This document shows positions 1 through 15,000 of a DNA stretch of 64,000 bases, one piece after another. A model generated the notes under the pieces. It saw only the letters and a list, made by a program, of their open reading frames with translations. It had not been told where the DNA came from and ran no database searches. Source of the stretch: Lingula anatina. Lineage: Eukaryota; Animalia; Brachiopoda. The translations under genes were made by a program, and so were the position numbers. Position 1 is the first letter of the stretch. Every line of letters begins with the position of its first letter. The stretch is taken from contig CM120640.1 of the NCBI GenBank assembly GCA_051362555.1, positions 31,081,967 to 31,145,966 on the forward strand, written 5' to 3'.

Positions 1-3000
1 GGAAGCGGTTGTTGTTATCACAATACTCAACAAGGCCCTAAATCTTGCCAAATATCATGTATTGTACACATGGAGAAGACACAGTGCTGCTCTTGGTGGT
101 ATCTTTCACTAACTGCTTTTTCAGCTTTTTCATGGTGAGGGTACTCTGAAACAAGAACAATATAACTGAAAGGACTGAAAATTACATTTGAAAAGAATGA
201 CAAATTCGGTGACTTAATTAAAATAGTTAAACGTTAATAATTTTTGTCAAATCTAGTCCAATATTTCTGAAATTTGTACAAATGATGCTTAACAACAATA
301 AAATCCGTGATAAGCTGATCAGCTGTCTGTATCGAATGAAAAGTGTTTTTTGGGACATTATATTTGCGAAAACCAAAAATTACATTGAAAAGACTGGGAA
401 TTCACAGGACTTGAAATAGTTAAATGTTAATAATTTTGTCAAATCTAGTCCAATATTTCTGAAATTTGTACAAATGATGCTTAACAACAATAAAAATCTG
501 TGATAAGCTGATCAGTTGTTTGTATTGAATGAAAAGTGTTTTTTGGGACAACATATTTGGGAAAACTGAAAGTTACATTGAAAAGACCAAACCAAGGCCT
601 TAAAATAGTTAAACATTAATAATTTTGTCAAATCTTGTCCTATATTTCTGAAATTTGTACAAATGATGCTTAACAATAATAAAAATCTGTGATAAGCTGA
701 TCAGTTGTCCGTGTTTAATGAAGTGTTTTTTTGGGACAACATATTTGGGAAAACTGAAAATTACATAGAAAAGACTGGCAAAACCCAGACCTTAAAATAG
801 TTAAACGTTAATAATTTTTTCAAATTTTGTGCAATATTTCTGAAATTTGTACAAATGATGCTTAACAATAATAAAAATCTGTGATAAGCTGATCAGTTAT
901 CTGAGTCTTTTTTTTAAGTGTCAAGTGTATGGGAAATTGATCATCAGAAGAGTGAGAATTAAACAAAACAAATATTTCAATATTGCAATGTATTATTTAC
1001 TCTGAAAGTAAACAGCAAATGTGATGATTTGAGGTTGTTTGTGTAAAATAGGCCTTTAAATAGTTAAACATTAATAATTTAATAATAATGTGTGTAAGAG
1101 GTTGCAAATTACCTATAACTGTCATCTGGAAAACAATATATACCCATACAATTGTTCTCCTTATTACCTCTGCAAGATGCAGATTACTCCTTTCTGGAAG
1201 GGGTTGTTGTTATCACAATACTCAACAAGGCCCTAAATCTTGCCAAATATCATGTATTGTACACATGGAGAAGACACAGTGCTGCTCTTGGTGGTATCTT
1301 TCACTAACTGATTTTTCAGCTTTTTCATGGTGAGGGTACTCTGAAACAAGAACAATATAACTGAAAGGACTGAAAATTACATTTGAAAAGAATGACAAAT
1401 TCGGTGACTTAATTAAAATAGTTAAACGTTAATAATTTTGTCAAATCTAGTCCAATATTTCTAAAATTTGTACAAATGATGCTTAACAACAATAAAAATC
1501 TGTGATAAGCTGATCAGTTGTTTGTATTGAACAAAAAGTGTTTTTTGGGACAACATATTTGGGAAAACTGAAAATTACATTGAAAAGACCAAACCAAGGC
1601 CTTAAAATAGTTAAACGTTAATAATTTTGTCAAATCTTGTCCTATATTTCTGAAATCTGTACAAATGATGCTTAACAACAATAAAAATCTGTGATAAGCT
1701 GATCAGCTGTCTGTATCTAATGAAAAGTGTTTTTTGGGGCAACATATTTGGGAAAACTGAAAATTACATTGAAAAGACTGGGAATTCACAGGACTTGAAA
1801 TAGTTAAATGTTAATAATTTTGTCAAATCTAGTCCAATATTTCTGAAATTTGTACAAATGATGCTTAACAACAATAAAAATCTGTGATAAGCTGATCAAT
1901 TGTTTGTATTGAATGAAAAGTGTTTTTTGGGACAACATATTTGGGAAAAATGAAAATTACATTGAAAAGACCAAACCAAGGCCTTAAAATAGTTAAACGT
2001 TAATAATTTTGTCAAATCTTGTCCTATATTTCTGAAATTTGTACAAATGATGCTTAACAAAAAATAAAAATCTGTGATAAGCTGATCAGTTGTCCGTGTC
2101 TAATGAAGTGTTTTTTTGGGACAACATATTTGGGAAAACTGAAAATTACATAGAAAAGACTGGCAAAACCCAGACCTTAAAATAGTTAAACGTTAATAAT
2201 TTTGTTAAATTTTGTGGAATATTTCTGAAATTTGTACGAATGATGCTTAACAATAATGAAAATCTGTGATAAGCTGATCAGTTATCTGAGTCTTTTTTTT
2301 AAGTGTCAAGTGTATGGGAAATAGATCATCAGAAGAGTGAGAATTAAACAGAACAAATATTTCAATATTGCAATGTATTATTTACTCTGAAAGTAAACAG
2401 AAAATGTGATGATTTGAAGTTGTTTGTGTAAAAGGTTGCAAATTACCTATAACTGTCATCTGGAAAACAATATATACCCATACAAGAGTTCTCCTAACTA
2501 CCTCTGCAAGATGCAGATTACTCCTTTCTGGAAGCGGTTGTTGTTATCACAATACTCAACAAGGCCCTAAATCTTGCCAAATATCATGTATTGTACACAT
2601 GGAGAAGACACAGTGCTGCTCTTGGTGGTATCTTTCACTAACTGCTTTTTCAGCTTTTTCATGGTGAGGGTACTCTGAAACAAGAACAATATAATTGAAA
2701 GGACTGAAAATTACATTTGAAAAGAATGACAAATTCGGTGACTTAATTAAAATAGTTAAACGTTAATAATTTTTGTCAAATCTAGTCCAATATTTCTGAA
2801 ATTTGTACAAATGATGCTTAACAACAATAAAATCCGTGATAAGCTGATCAGCTGTCTGTATCGAATGAAAAGTGTTTTTGGGGACAACATATTTGGGAAA
2901 ACTGAAAATTACATTGAAAAGACTGGGAATTTGCAGGACTTGAAATAGTTAAACGTTAATAATTTTGTCTAATCTTGTCCAATATTTCTGAAATTTGTAC

Positions 3001-6000
3001 AAATGATGCTTAACAACAATAAAAACCTGTGATAAGCTGATCAGTTTCTGTGTCTAATGAAAAGTGTTTTTTGGGACAACATATTTGGGAAAACTGAAAA
3101 TTACATTGAAAAGACTGGCAAATCCCAGGCCTTAAAATAGTTAAACGTTAATAATTTTGTCAAATCTAGTCCAGTATTTCTGAAATTTGCACAAATGATG
3201 CTTAACAACAATAAAAACCTGTGATAAGCTGATCAGTTATCTGTGTCTAATGAAAAGTGCTTTTTGGGACAACATATTTGGGAAAACTGAAAATTACATT
3301 GAAAAGACTGGCAAAACCTAGACCTTAAAATAGTTAAACGTTAATAATTTTGTTAAATTTTGTGGAATATTTCTGAAATTTGTACGAATGATGCTTAACA
3401 ATAATAAAAATCTGTGATAAGCTGATCAGTTATCTGAGTCTTTTTTTTAAGTGTCAAGTGTATGGGAAATTGATCATCAGAAGAGTGAGAATTAAACAAA
3501 ACAAATATTTCAATATTGCAATGTATTATTTACTCTGAAAGTAAACAGAAAATGTGATGATTTGAGGTTGTTTGTGTAAGAAGTTGCAAATTACCTATAA
3601 CTGTCATCTGGAAAACAATATATACCCATACAAGAGTTCTCCTTACTACCTCTGCAAGATGCAGATTACTACTTTCTGGAAGGGGTTGTTGTTATCACAA
3701 TACTCAGCAAGGCCCTAAATCTTGCCAAATATCATGTATTGTACACATGGAGAAGACACAGTGCTGCTCTTGGTGGTATCTTTCACTGCCTGCTTTTTCA
3801 GCTTTTTCATGGTGAGGGTACTCTGAAACAAGAACAATATAACTGAAAGGACTGAAAATTACATTTGAAAAGAATGACAAATTCGGTGACTTAATTAAAA
3901 TAGTTAAACGTTAATAATTTTGTCAAATCTAGTCCAATATTTCTGAAATTTGTACAAATGATGCTTAACAACAATAAAAATCCGTGATAAGCTGATCAGT
4001 TGTCTGTGTATAATGAAAAGTGTTTCTTGGGACAACGTATTTGGGAAAACTGAAAATTACATTGAAAAGACTGGCAAATCCCAGGCCTTTAAATAGTTAA
4101 ACGTTAATAATTTTGTCAAATCTTGTCCTATATTTCTGAAATTTGAACAAATGATGCTTAACAACAATAGAAATCTATGATAAGCTGATCAGCTGTCTGT
4201 ATCGAATGAAAAGTGTTTTTTGGGACATTATATTTGCGAAAACCAAAAATTACATTGAAAAGACTGGGAATTCACAGGACTTGAAATAGTTAAATGTTAA
4301 TAATTTTGTCAAATCTAGTCCAATATTTCTGAAATTTGTACAAATGATGCTTAACAACAATAAAAATCTGTGATAAGCTGATCAGTTGTTTGTATTGAAT
4401 AAAAAGTGTTTTTTGGGACAACATATTTGGGAAAACTGAAAATTACATTGAAAAGACCAAACCAAGGCCTTAAAATAGTTAAACGTTAATAATTTTGTCA
4501 AATCTTGTCCTATATTTCTGAAATTTGTACAAATGATGCTTAACAACAATAAAAATCTGTGATAAGCTGATCAGTTGTCTGTGTCTAATGAAAAGTGCTT
4601 TTTGGGACAACATATTTGGGAAAACTGAAAATTACATTGAAAAGACTGGCAAAACCCAGACCTTAAAATAGTTAAACGTTAATAATTTTGTCAAATCTTG
4701 TCCTATATTTCTGAAATCTGTACAAATGATGCTTAACAACAATAAAAATCCATGATAAGCTGATCAGTTGTCTGTGTATAATGAAAAGTGTTTCTTGGGA
4801 CAACGTATTTGGGAAAACTGAAAATTACATTGAAAAGACTGGCAAATCCCAGGCCTTTAAATAGTTAAACGTTAATAATTTTGTCAAATCTTGTCCTATA
4901 TTTCTGAAATTTGTACAAATGATGCTTAACAACAATAAAAATCCGTGATAAGCTGATCAGTTGTCTGTTTATAATGAAAAGTTTTTTTTAGGACAATATA
5001 TTTGAGAAAACCAAAAATTACATTGAAAAGACTGGGAATTCACAGGACTTGAAATAGTTAAACGTTAATAATTTTGTCAAATCTTGTCCTATATTTCTGA
5101 AATTTGTACAAATGATGCTTAACAACAATAAAAATCCATGATAAGCTGATCAGTTGTCTGTGTATAATGAAAAGTGTTTTTTGGGACATTATATTTGCGA
5201 AAACCAAAAATTACATTGAAAAGACTGGGAATTCACAGGACTTGAAATAGTTAAATGTTAATAATTTTGTCAAATCTAGTCCAATATTTCTGAAATTTGT
5301 ACAAATGATGCTTAACAACAATAAAAATCTGTGATAAGCTGATCAGTTGTTTGTATTGAATAAAAAGTGTTTTTTGGGACAACATATTTGGGAAAACTGA
5401 AAATTACATTGAAAAGACCAAACCAAGGCCTTAAAATAGTTAAACGTTAATAATTTTGTCAAATCTTGTCCTATATTTCTGAAATTTGTACAAATGATGC
5501 TTAACAACAATAAAAATCTGTGATAAGCTGATCAGTTGTCTGTGTCTAATGAAAAGTGCTTTTTGGGACAACATATTTGGGAAAACTGAAAATTACATTG
5601 AAAAGACTGGCAAAACCCAGACCTTAAAATAGTTAAACGTTAATAATTTTGTCAAATCTTGTCCTATATTTCTGAAATCTGTACAAATGATGCTTAACAA
5701 CAATAAAAATCTGTGATAAGCTGATCAGTTATCTGTGTCTAATGAAAAGTGCTTTTTGGGACAACATATTTGGGAAAACTGAAAATTACATTGAAAAGAC
5801 TGGCAAAACCCAGACCTTAAAATAGTTAAACGTTAATAATTTTGTCAAATCTTGTCCTATATTTCTGAAATCTGTACAAATGATGCTTAACAATAATAAA
5901 AATCTGTGATAAGCTGATCAGCTGTCTGTATCTAATGAAAAGTGTTTTTTGGGGCAACATATTTGGGAAAACTGAAAATTACATTGAAAAGACTGGGAAT

Positions 6001-9000
6001 TCACAGGACTTGAAATAGTTAAATGTTAATAATTTTGTCAAATCTAGTCCAATATTTCTGAAATTTGTACAAATGATGCTTAACAACAATAAAAATCTGT
6101 GATAAGCTGATCAATTGTTTGTATTGAATGAAAAGTGTTTTTTGGGACAACATATTTGGGAAAAATGAAAATTAAATTGAAAAGACCAAACCAAGGCCTT
6201 AAAATAGTTAAACGTTAATAATTTTGTCAAATCTTGTCCTATATTTCTGAAATTTGTACAAATGATGCTTAACAAAAAATAAAAATCTGTGATAAGCTGA
6301 TCAGTTGTCCGTGTCTAATGAAGTGTTTTTTTGGGACAACATATTTGGGAAAACTGAAAATTACATAGAAAAGACTGGCAAAACCCAGACCTTAAAATAG
6401 TTAAACGTTAATAATTTTGTTAAATTTTGTGGAATATTTCTGAAATTTGTACGAATGATGCTTAACAATAATAAAGATCTGTGATAAGCTGATCAGTTAT
6501 CTGAGTCTTTTTTTTAAGTGTCAAGTGTATGGGAAATAGATCATCAGAAGAGTGAGAATTAAACAGAACAAATATTTCAATATTGCAATGTATTATTTAC
6601 TCTGAAAGTAAACAGAAAATGTGATGATTTGAAGTTGTTTGTGTAAGAGGTTGCAAATTACCTATAACTGTCATCTGGAAAACAATATATACCCATACAA
6701 GAGTTCTCCTTACTACCTCTGCAAGATGCAGATTACTCCTTTCTGGAAGCGGTTGTTGTTATCACAATACTCAACAAGGCCCTAAATCTTGCCAAATATC
6801 ATGTATTGTACACATGGAGAAGACACAGTGCTGCTCTTGGTGGTATCTTTCACTAACTGCTTTTTCAGCTTTTTCATGGTGAGGGTACTCTGAAACAAGA
6901 ACAATATAACTGAAAGGACTGAAAATTACATTGGAAAAGAATGACAAATTCGGTGACTTAATTAAAATAGTTAAACGTTAATAATTTTGTCAAATCTTGT
7001 CCAATATTTCTGAAATTTGTACAAATGATGCTTAACAACAATAAAAATCTGTGATAAGCTGATCAGTTGTCTGTGTCTAATGAAAAGTGTTTTTGGGGAC
7101 AACATATTTGGGAAAACTGAAAATTACATTGAAAAGACTGGGAATTTGCAGGACTTGAAATAGTTAAACGTTAATAATTTTGTCTAATCTTGTCCAATAT
7201 TTCTGAAATTTGTACAAATGATGCTTAACAACAATAAAAACCTGTGATAAGCTGATCAGTTTCTGTGTCTAATGAAAAGTGTTTTTTGGGACAACATATT
7301 TGGGAAAACTGAAAATTACATTGAAAAGACTGGCAAATCCCAGGCCTTAAAATAGTTAAACGTTAATAATTTTGTCAAATCTAGTCCAGTATTTCTGAAA
7401 TTTGCACAAATGATGCTTAACAACAATAAAAACCTGTGATAAGCTGATCAGTTATCTGTGTCTAATGAAAAATGCTTTTTGGGACAACATATTTGGGAAA
7501 ACTGAAAATTACATTGAAAAGACTGGCAAAACCCAGACCTTAAAATAGTTAAACGTTAATAATTTTGTTAAATTTTGTGGAATATTTCTGAAATTTGTAC
7601 GAATGATGCTTAACAATAATAAAGATCTGTGATAAGCTGATCAGTTATCTGAGTCTTTTTTTTAAGTGTCAAGTGTATGGGAAATAGATCATCAGAAGAG
7701 TGAGAATTAACCAAAACAAATATTTCAATATTGCAATGTATTATTTACTCTGAAAGTAAACAGCAAATGTGATGATTTGAGGTTGTTTGTGTAAGAGGTT
7801 GCAAATTACCTATAACTGTCATCTGGAAAACAATATATACCCATACAAGAGTTCTCCTTACTACCTCTGCAAGATGCAGATTACTCCTTTCTGGAAGGGG
7901 TTGTTGTTATCACAATACTCAGCAAGGCCCTAAATCTTGCCAAATATCATGTATTGTACACATGGAGAAGACACAGTGCTGCTCTTGGTGGTATCTTTCA
8001 CTGCCTGCTTTTTCAGCTTTTTCATGGTGAGGGTACTCTGAAACAAGAACAATATAACTGAAAGGACTGAAAATTACATTTGAAAAGAATGACAAATTCG
8101 GTGACTTAATTAAAATAGTTAAACGTTAATAATTTTGTCAAATCTAGTCCAATATTTCTGAAATTTGTACAAATGATGCTTAACAACAATAAAAATCTGT
8201 GATAAGCTGATCAGTTGTCTGTGTCTAATGAAAAGTGTTTTTGGGGACAACATATTTGGGAAAATTGAAAATTACATTGAAAAGACTGGGAATTTGCAGG
8301 ACTTGAAATAGTTAAACGTTAATAATTTTGTCCAATCTAGTCCAATATTTCTGAAATTTGTACAAATGATGCTTAACAACAATAAAAATCTGTGATAAGC
8401 TGATCAGTTGTTTGTATTGAATAAAAAGTGTTTTTTGGGACAACATATTTGGGAAAACTGAAAATTACATTGAAAAGACTGGCAAAACCCAGACCTTAAA
8501 ATAGTTAAACGTTAATAATTTTGTCAAATCTTGTCCTATATTTCTGAAATCTGTACAAATGATGCTTAACAACAATAAAAATCTGTGATAAGCTGATCAG
8601 CTGTCTGTATCTAATGAAAAGTGTTTTTTGGGGCAACATATTTGGGAAAACTGAAAATTACATTGAAAAGACTGGCAAAACCCAGGCCTTAAAATAGTTA
8701 AACGTTAATAATTTTGTTAAATTTTGTGAAATATTTCTGAAATTTGTACGAATGATGCTTAACAATAATAAAAATCTGTGATAAGCTGATCAGTTATCTG
8801 AGTCTTTTTTTTTAAGTGTCAAGTGTATGGGAAATTGATCATCAGAAGAGTGAGAATTAAACAGAACAAATATTTCAATATTGCAATGTATTATTTACTC
8901 TGAAAGTAAACAGAAAATGTGATGATTTGAGGTTGTTTGTGTAAGAGGTTGCAAATTACCTATAACTGTCATCTGGAAAACAATATATACCCATACAAGA

Positions 9001-12000
9001 GTTCTCCTTACTACCTCTGCAAGATGCAGATTACTCCTTTCTGGAAGGGGTTGTTGTTATCACAATACTCAACAAGGCCCTAAATCTTGCCAAATATCAT
9101 GTATTGTACACATGGAGAAGACACAGTGCTGCTCTTGGTGGTATCTTTCACTGCCTGCTTTTTCAGCTTTTTCATGGTGAGGGTACTCTGAAACAAGAAC
9201 AATATAACTGAAAGGACTGAAAATTACATTTGAAAAGAATGACAAATTCGGTGACTTAATTAAAATAGTTAAACGTTAATAATTTTGTCAAATCTAGTCC
9301 AATATTTCTGAAATTTGTACAAATGATGCTTAACAACAATAAAAATCCGTGATAAGCTGATCAGTTGTCTGTTTATAATGAAAAGTTTTTTTTAGGACAA
9401 TATATTTGAGAAAACCAAAAATTACATTGAAAAGACTGGGAATTCACAGGACTTGAAATAGTTAAACGTTAATAATTTTGTCCAATCTAGTCCAATATTT
9501 CTGAAATTTGTACAAATGATGCTTAACAACAATAAAAACCTGTGATAAGCTGATCAGTTGTCTGTGTCTAATGAAAAGTGTTTTTTGGGACAACATATTT
9601 GGGAAAACTGAAAATTACATTGAAAAGACTGGCAAAACCCAGACCTTAAAATAGTTAAACGTTAATAATTTTGTCAAATCTTGTCCTATATTTCTGAAAT
9701 CTGTACAAATGATGCTTAACAACAATAAAAATCTGTGATAAGCTGATCAGCTGTCTGTATCTAATGAAAAGTGTTTTTTGGGGCAACATATTTGGGAAAA
9801 CTGAAAATTACATTGAAAAGACTGGCAAAACCCAGGCCTTAAAATAGTTAAACGTTAATAATTTTGTTAAATTTTGTGAAATATTTCTGAAATTTGTACG
9901 AATGATGCTTAACAATAATAAAAATCTGTGATAAGCTGATCAGTTATCTGAGTCTTTTTTTTAAGTGTCAAGTGTATGGGAAATTGATCATCAGAAGAGT
10001 GAGAATTAAACAGAACAAATATTTCAATATTGCAATGTATTATTTACTCTGAAAGTAAACAGAAAATGTGATGATTTGAGGTTGTTTGTGTAAGAGGTTG
10101 CAAATTACCTATAACTGTCATCTGGAAAACAATATATACCCATACAAGAGTTCTCCTTACTACCTCTGCAAGATGCAGATTACTCCTTTCTGGAAGAGGT
10201 TGTTGTTATCACAATACTCAGCAAGGCCCTAAATCTTGCCAAATATCATGTATTGTACACATGGAGAAGACACAGTGCTGCTCTTGGTGGTATCTTTCAC
10301 TGCCTGCTTTTTCAGCTTTTTCATGGTGAGGGTACTCTGAAACAAGAACAATATAACTGAAAGGACTGAAAATTACATTTGAAAAGAATGACAAATTCGG
10401 TGACTTAATTAAAATAGTTAAACGTTAATAATTTTGTCAAATCTAGTCCAATATTTCTAAAATTTGTACAAATGATGCTTAACAACAATAAAAATCTGTG
10501 ATAAGCTGATCAGTTGTCTGTGTCTAATGAAAAGTGTTTTTGGGGACAACATATTTGGGAAAACTGAAAATTACATTGAAAAGACTGGCAAAACCCAGAC
10601 CTTAAAATAGTTAAACGTTAATAATTTTGTCAAATCTTGTCCTATATTTCTGAAACTTGAACAAATGATGCTTAACAACAATAGAAATCTATGATAAGCT
10701 CATCAGCTGTCTGTATCGAATGAAAAGTGTTTTTTGGGACATTATATTTGCGAAAACCAAAAATTACATTGAAAAGACTGGGAATTCACAGGACTTGAAA
10801 TAGTTATATGTTAATAATTTTGTCAAATCTAGTCCAATATTTCTGAAATTTGTACAAATGATGCTTAACAACAATAAAAATCTGTGATAAGCTGATCAGT
10901 TGTTTGTATTGAATAAAAAGTGTTTTTTGGGACAACATATTTGGGAAAACTGAAAATTACATTGAAAAGACCAAACCAAGGCCTTAAAATAGTTAAACGT
11001 TAATAATTTTGTCAAATCTTGTCCTATATTTCTGAAATTTGTACAAATGATGCTTAACAACAATAAAAATCTGTGATAAGCTGATCAGTTGTCCGTGTCT
11101 AATGAAAAGTGCTTTTTGGGACAACATATTTGGGAAAACTGAAAATTACATTGAAAAGACTGGCAAAACCCAGACCTTAAAATAGTTAAACGTTAATAAT
11201 TTTGTCAAATCTTGTCCTATATTTCTGAAATCTGTACAAATGATGCTTAACAACAATAAAAATCTGTGATAAGCTGATCAGCTGTCTGTATCTAATGAAA
11301 AGTGCTTTTTGGGACAACATATTTGGGAAAACTGAAAATTACATTGAAAAGACTGGCAAAACCCAGACCTTAAAATAGTTAAACGTTAATAATTTTGTCA
11401 AATCTTGTCCTATATTTCTGAAATCTGTACAAATGATGCTTAACAACAATAAAAATCTGTGATAAGCTGATCAGCTGTCTGTATAGAATGAAAAGTGTTT
11501 TTTGGGACATTATATTTGCGAAAACCAAAAATTACATTGAAAAGACTGGGAATTCACAGGACTTGAAATAGTTAAATGTTAATAATTTTGTCAAATCTAG
11601 TCCAATATTTCTGAAATTTGTACAAATGATGCTTAACAACAATAAAAATCTGTGATAAGCTGATCAGTTGTTTGTATTGAATAAAAAGTGTTTTTTGGGA
11701 CAACATATTTGGGAAAACTGAAAATTACATTGAAAAGACCAAACCAAGGCCTTAAAATAGTTAAACGTTAATAATTTTGTCAAATCTTGTCCTATATTTC
11801 TGAAATTTGTACAAATGATGCTTAACAACAATAAAAATCTGTGATCAGCTGATCAGTTGTCTGTGTCTAATGAAAAGTGCTTTTTGGGACAACATATTTG
11901 GGAAACCTGAAAATTACATTGAAAAGACTGGCAAAACCCAGACCTTAAAATAGTTAAACGTTAATAATTTTGTCAAATCTTGTCCTATATTTCTGAAATC

Positions 12001-15000
12001 TGTACAAATGATGCTTAACAACAATAAAAATCTGTGATAAGCTGATCAGCTGTCTGTATCTAATGAAAAGTGCTTTTTGGGACAACATATTTGGGAAAAC
12101 TGAAAATTACATTGAAAAGACTGGCAAAACCCAGACCTTAAAATAGTTAAACGTTAATAATTTTGTCAAATCTTGTCCTATATTTCTGAAATCTGTACAA
12201 ATGATGCTTAACAACAATAAAAATCTGTGATAAGCTGATCAGCTGTCTGTATAGAATGAAAAGTGTTTTTTGGGACATTATATTTGCGAAAACCAAAAAT
12301 TACATTGAAAAGACTGGGAATTCACAGGACTTGAAATAGTTAAATGTTAATAATTTTGTCAAATCTAGTCCAATATTTCTGAAATTTGTACAAATGATGC
12401 TTAACAACAATAAAAATCTGTGATAAGCTGATCAGTTGTTTGTATTGAATAAAAAGTGTTTTTTGGGACAACATATTTGGGAAAACTGAAAATTACATTG
12501 AAAAGACTGGCAAAACCCAGACCTTAAAATAGTTAAACGTTAATAATTTTGTCAAATCTTGTCCTATATTTCTGAAATTTGTACAAATGATGCTTAACAA
12601 CAATAAAAATCTGTGATCAGCTGATCAGTTGTCTGTGTCTAATGAAAAGTGCTTTTTGGGACAACATATTTGGGAAACCTGAAAATTACATTGAAAAGAC
12701 TGGCAAAACCCAGACCTTAAAATAGTTAAACGTTAATAATTTTGTCAAATCTTGTCCTATATTTCTGAAATCTGTACAAATGATGCTTAACAACAATAAA
12801 AATCTGTGATAAGCTGATCAGCTGTCTGTATCTAATGAAAAGTGCTTTTTGGGACAACATATTTGGGAAAACTGAAAATTACATTGAAAAGACTGGCAAA
12901 ACCCAGACCTTAAAATAGTTAAACGTTAATAATTTTGTCAAATCTTGTCCTATATTTCTGAAATCTGTACAAATGATGCTTAACAACAATAAAAATCTGT
13001 GATAAGCTGATCAGCTGTCTGTATCTAATGAAAAGTGTTTTTTGGGGCAACATATTTGGGAAAACTGAAAATTACATTGAAAAGACTGGGAATTCACAGG
13101 ACTTGAAATAGTTAAATGTTAATAATTTTGTCAAATCTAGTCCAATATTTCTGAAATTTGTACAAATGATGCTTAACAACAATAAAAATCTGTGATAAGC
13201 TGATCAATTGTTTGTATTGAATGAAAAGTGTTTTTCGGGACAACATATTTGGGAAAAATGAAAATTACATTGAAAAGACCAAACCAAGGCCTTAAAATAG
13301 TTAAACGTTAATAATTTTGTCAAATCTTGTCCTATATTTCTGAAATTTGTACAAATGATGCTTAACAAAAAATAAAAATCTGTGATAAGCTGATCAGTTG
13401 TCCGTGTCTAATGAAGTGTTTTTTTGGGACAACATATTTGGGAAAACTGAAAATTACATAGAAAAGACTGGCAAAACCCAGACCTTAAAATAGTTAAACG
13501 TTAATAATTTTGTTAAATTTTGTGGAATATTTCTGAAATTTGTACGAATGATGCTTAACAATTATAAAGATCTGTGATAAGCTGATCAGTTATCTGAGTC
13601 TTTTTTTTAAGTGTCAAGTGTATGGGAAATAGATCATCAGAAGAGTGAGAATTAAACAAAACAAATATTTCAATATTGCAATGTATTATTTACTCTGAAA
13701 GTAAACAGCAAATGTGATGATTTGAAGTTGTTTGTGTAAGAGGTTGCAAATTACCTATAACTGTCATCTGGAAAACAATATATACCCATACAAGAGTTCT
13801 CCTAACTACCTCTGCAAGATGCAGATTACTCCTTTCTGGAAGCGGTTGTTGTTATCACAATACTCAACAAGGACCTAAATCTTGCCAAATATCATGTATT
13901 GTACACATGGAGAAGACACAGTGCTGCTCTTGGTGGTATCTTTCACTAACTGCTTTTTCAGCTTTTTCATGGTGAGGGTACTCTGAAACAAGAACAATAT
14001 AACTGAAAGGACTGAAAATTACATTTGAAAAGAATGACAAATTCGGTGACTTAATTAAAATAGTTAAACGTTAATAATTTTTGTCAAATCTAGTCCAATA
14101 TTTCTGAAATTTGTACAAATGATGCTTAACAACAATAAAATCCGTGATAAGCCGATCAGCTGTCTGTATCGAATGAAAAGTGTTTTTTGGGACATTATAT
14201 TTGCGAAAACCAAAAATTACATTGAAAAGACTGGGAATTCACAGGACTTGAAATAGTTAAATGTTAATAATTTTGTCAAATCTAGTCCAATATTTCTGAA
14301 ATTTGTACAAATGATGCTTAACAACAATAAAAATCTGTGATAAGCTGATCAGTTGTTTGTATTGAATGAAAAGTGTTTTTTGGGACAACATATTTGGGAA
14401 AACTGAAAGTTACATTGAAAAGACCAAACCAAGGCCTTAAAATAGTTAAACATTAATAATTTTGTCAAATCTTGTCCTATATTTCTGAAATTTGTACAAA
14501 TGATGCTTAACAATAATAAAAATCTGTGATAAGCTGATCAGTTGTCCGTGTTTAATGAAGTGTTTTTTTGGGACAACATATTTGGGAAAACTGAAAATTA
14601 CATAGAAAAGACTGGCAAAACCCAGACCTTAAAATAGTTAAACGTTAATAATTTTTTCAAATTTTGTGCAATATTTCTGAAATTTGTACAAATGATGCTT
14701 AACAATAATAAAAATCTGTGATAAGCTGATCAGTTATCTGAGTCTTTTTTTTAAGTGTCAAGTGTATGGGAAATTGATCATCAGAAGAGTGAGAATTAAA
14801 CAAAACAAATATTTCAATATTGCAATGTATTATTTACTCTGAAAGTAAACAGCAAATGTGATGATTTGAGGTTGTTTGTGTAAAATAGGCCTTAAAATAG
14901 TTAAACATTAATAATTTAATAATAATTTGTGTAAGAGGTTGCAAATTACCTATAACTGTCATCTGGAAAACAATATATACCCATACAATTGTTCTCCTTA

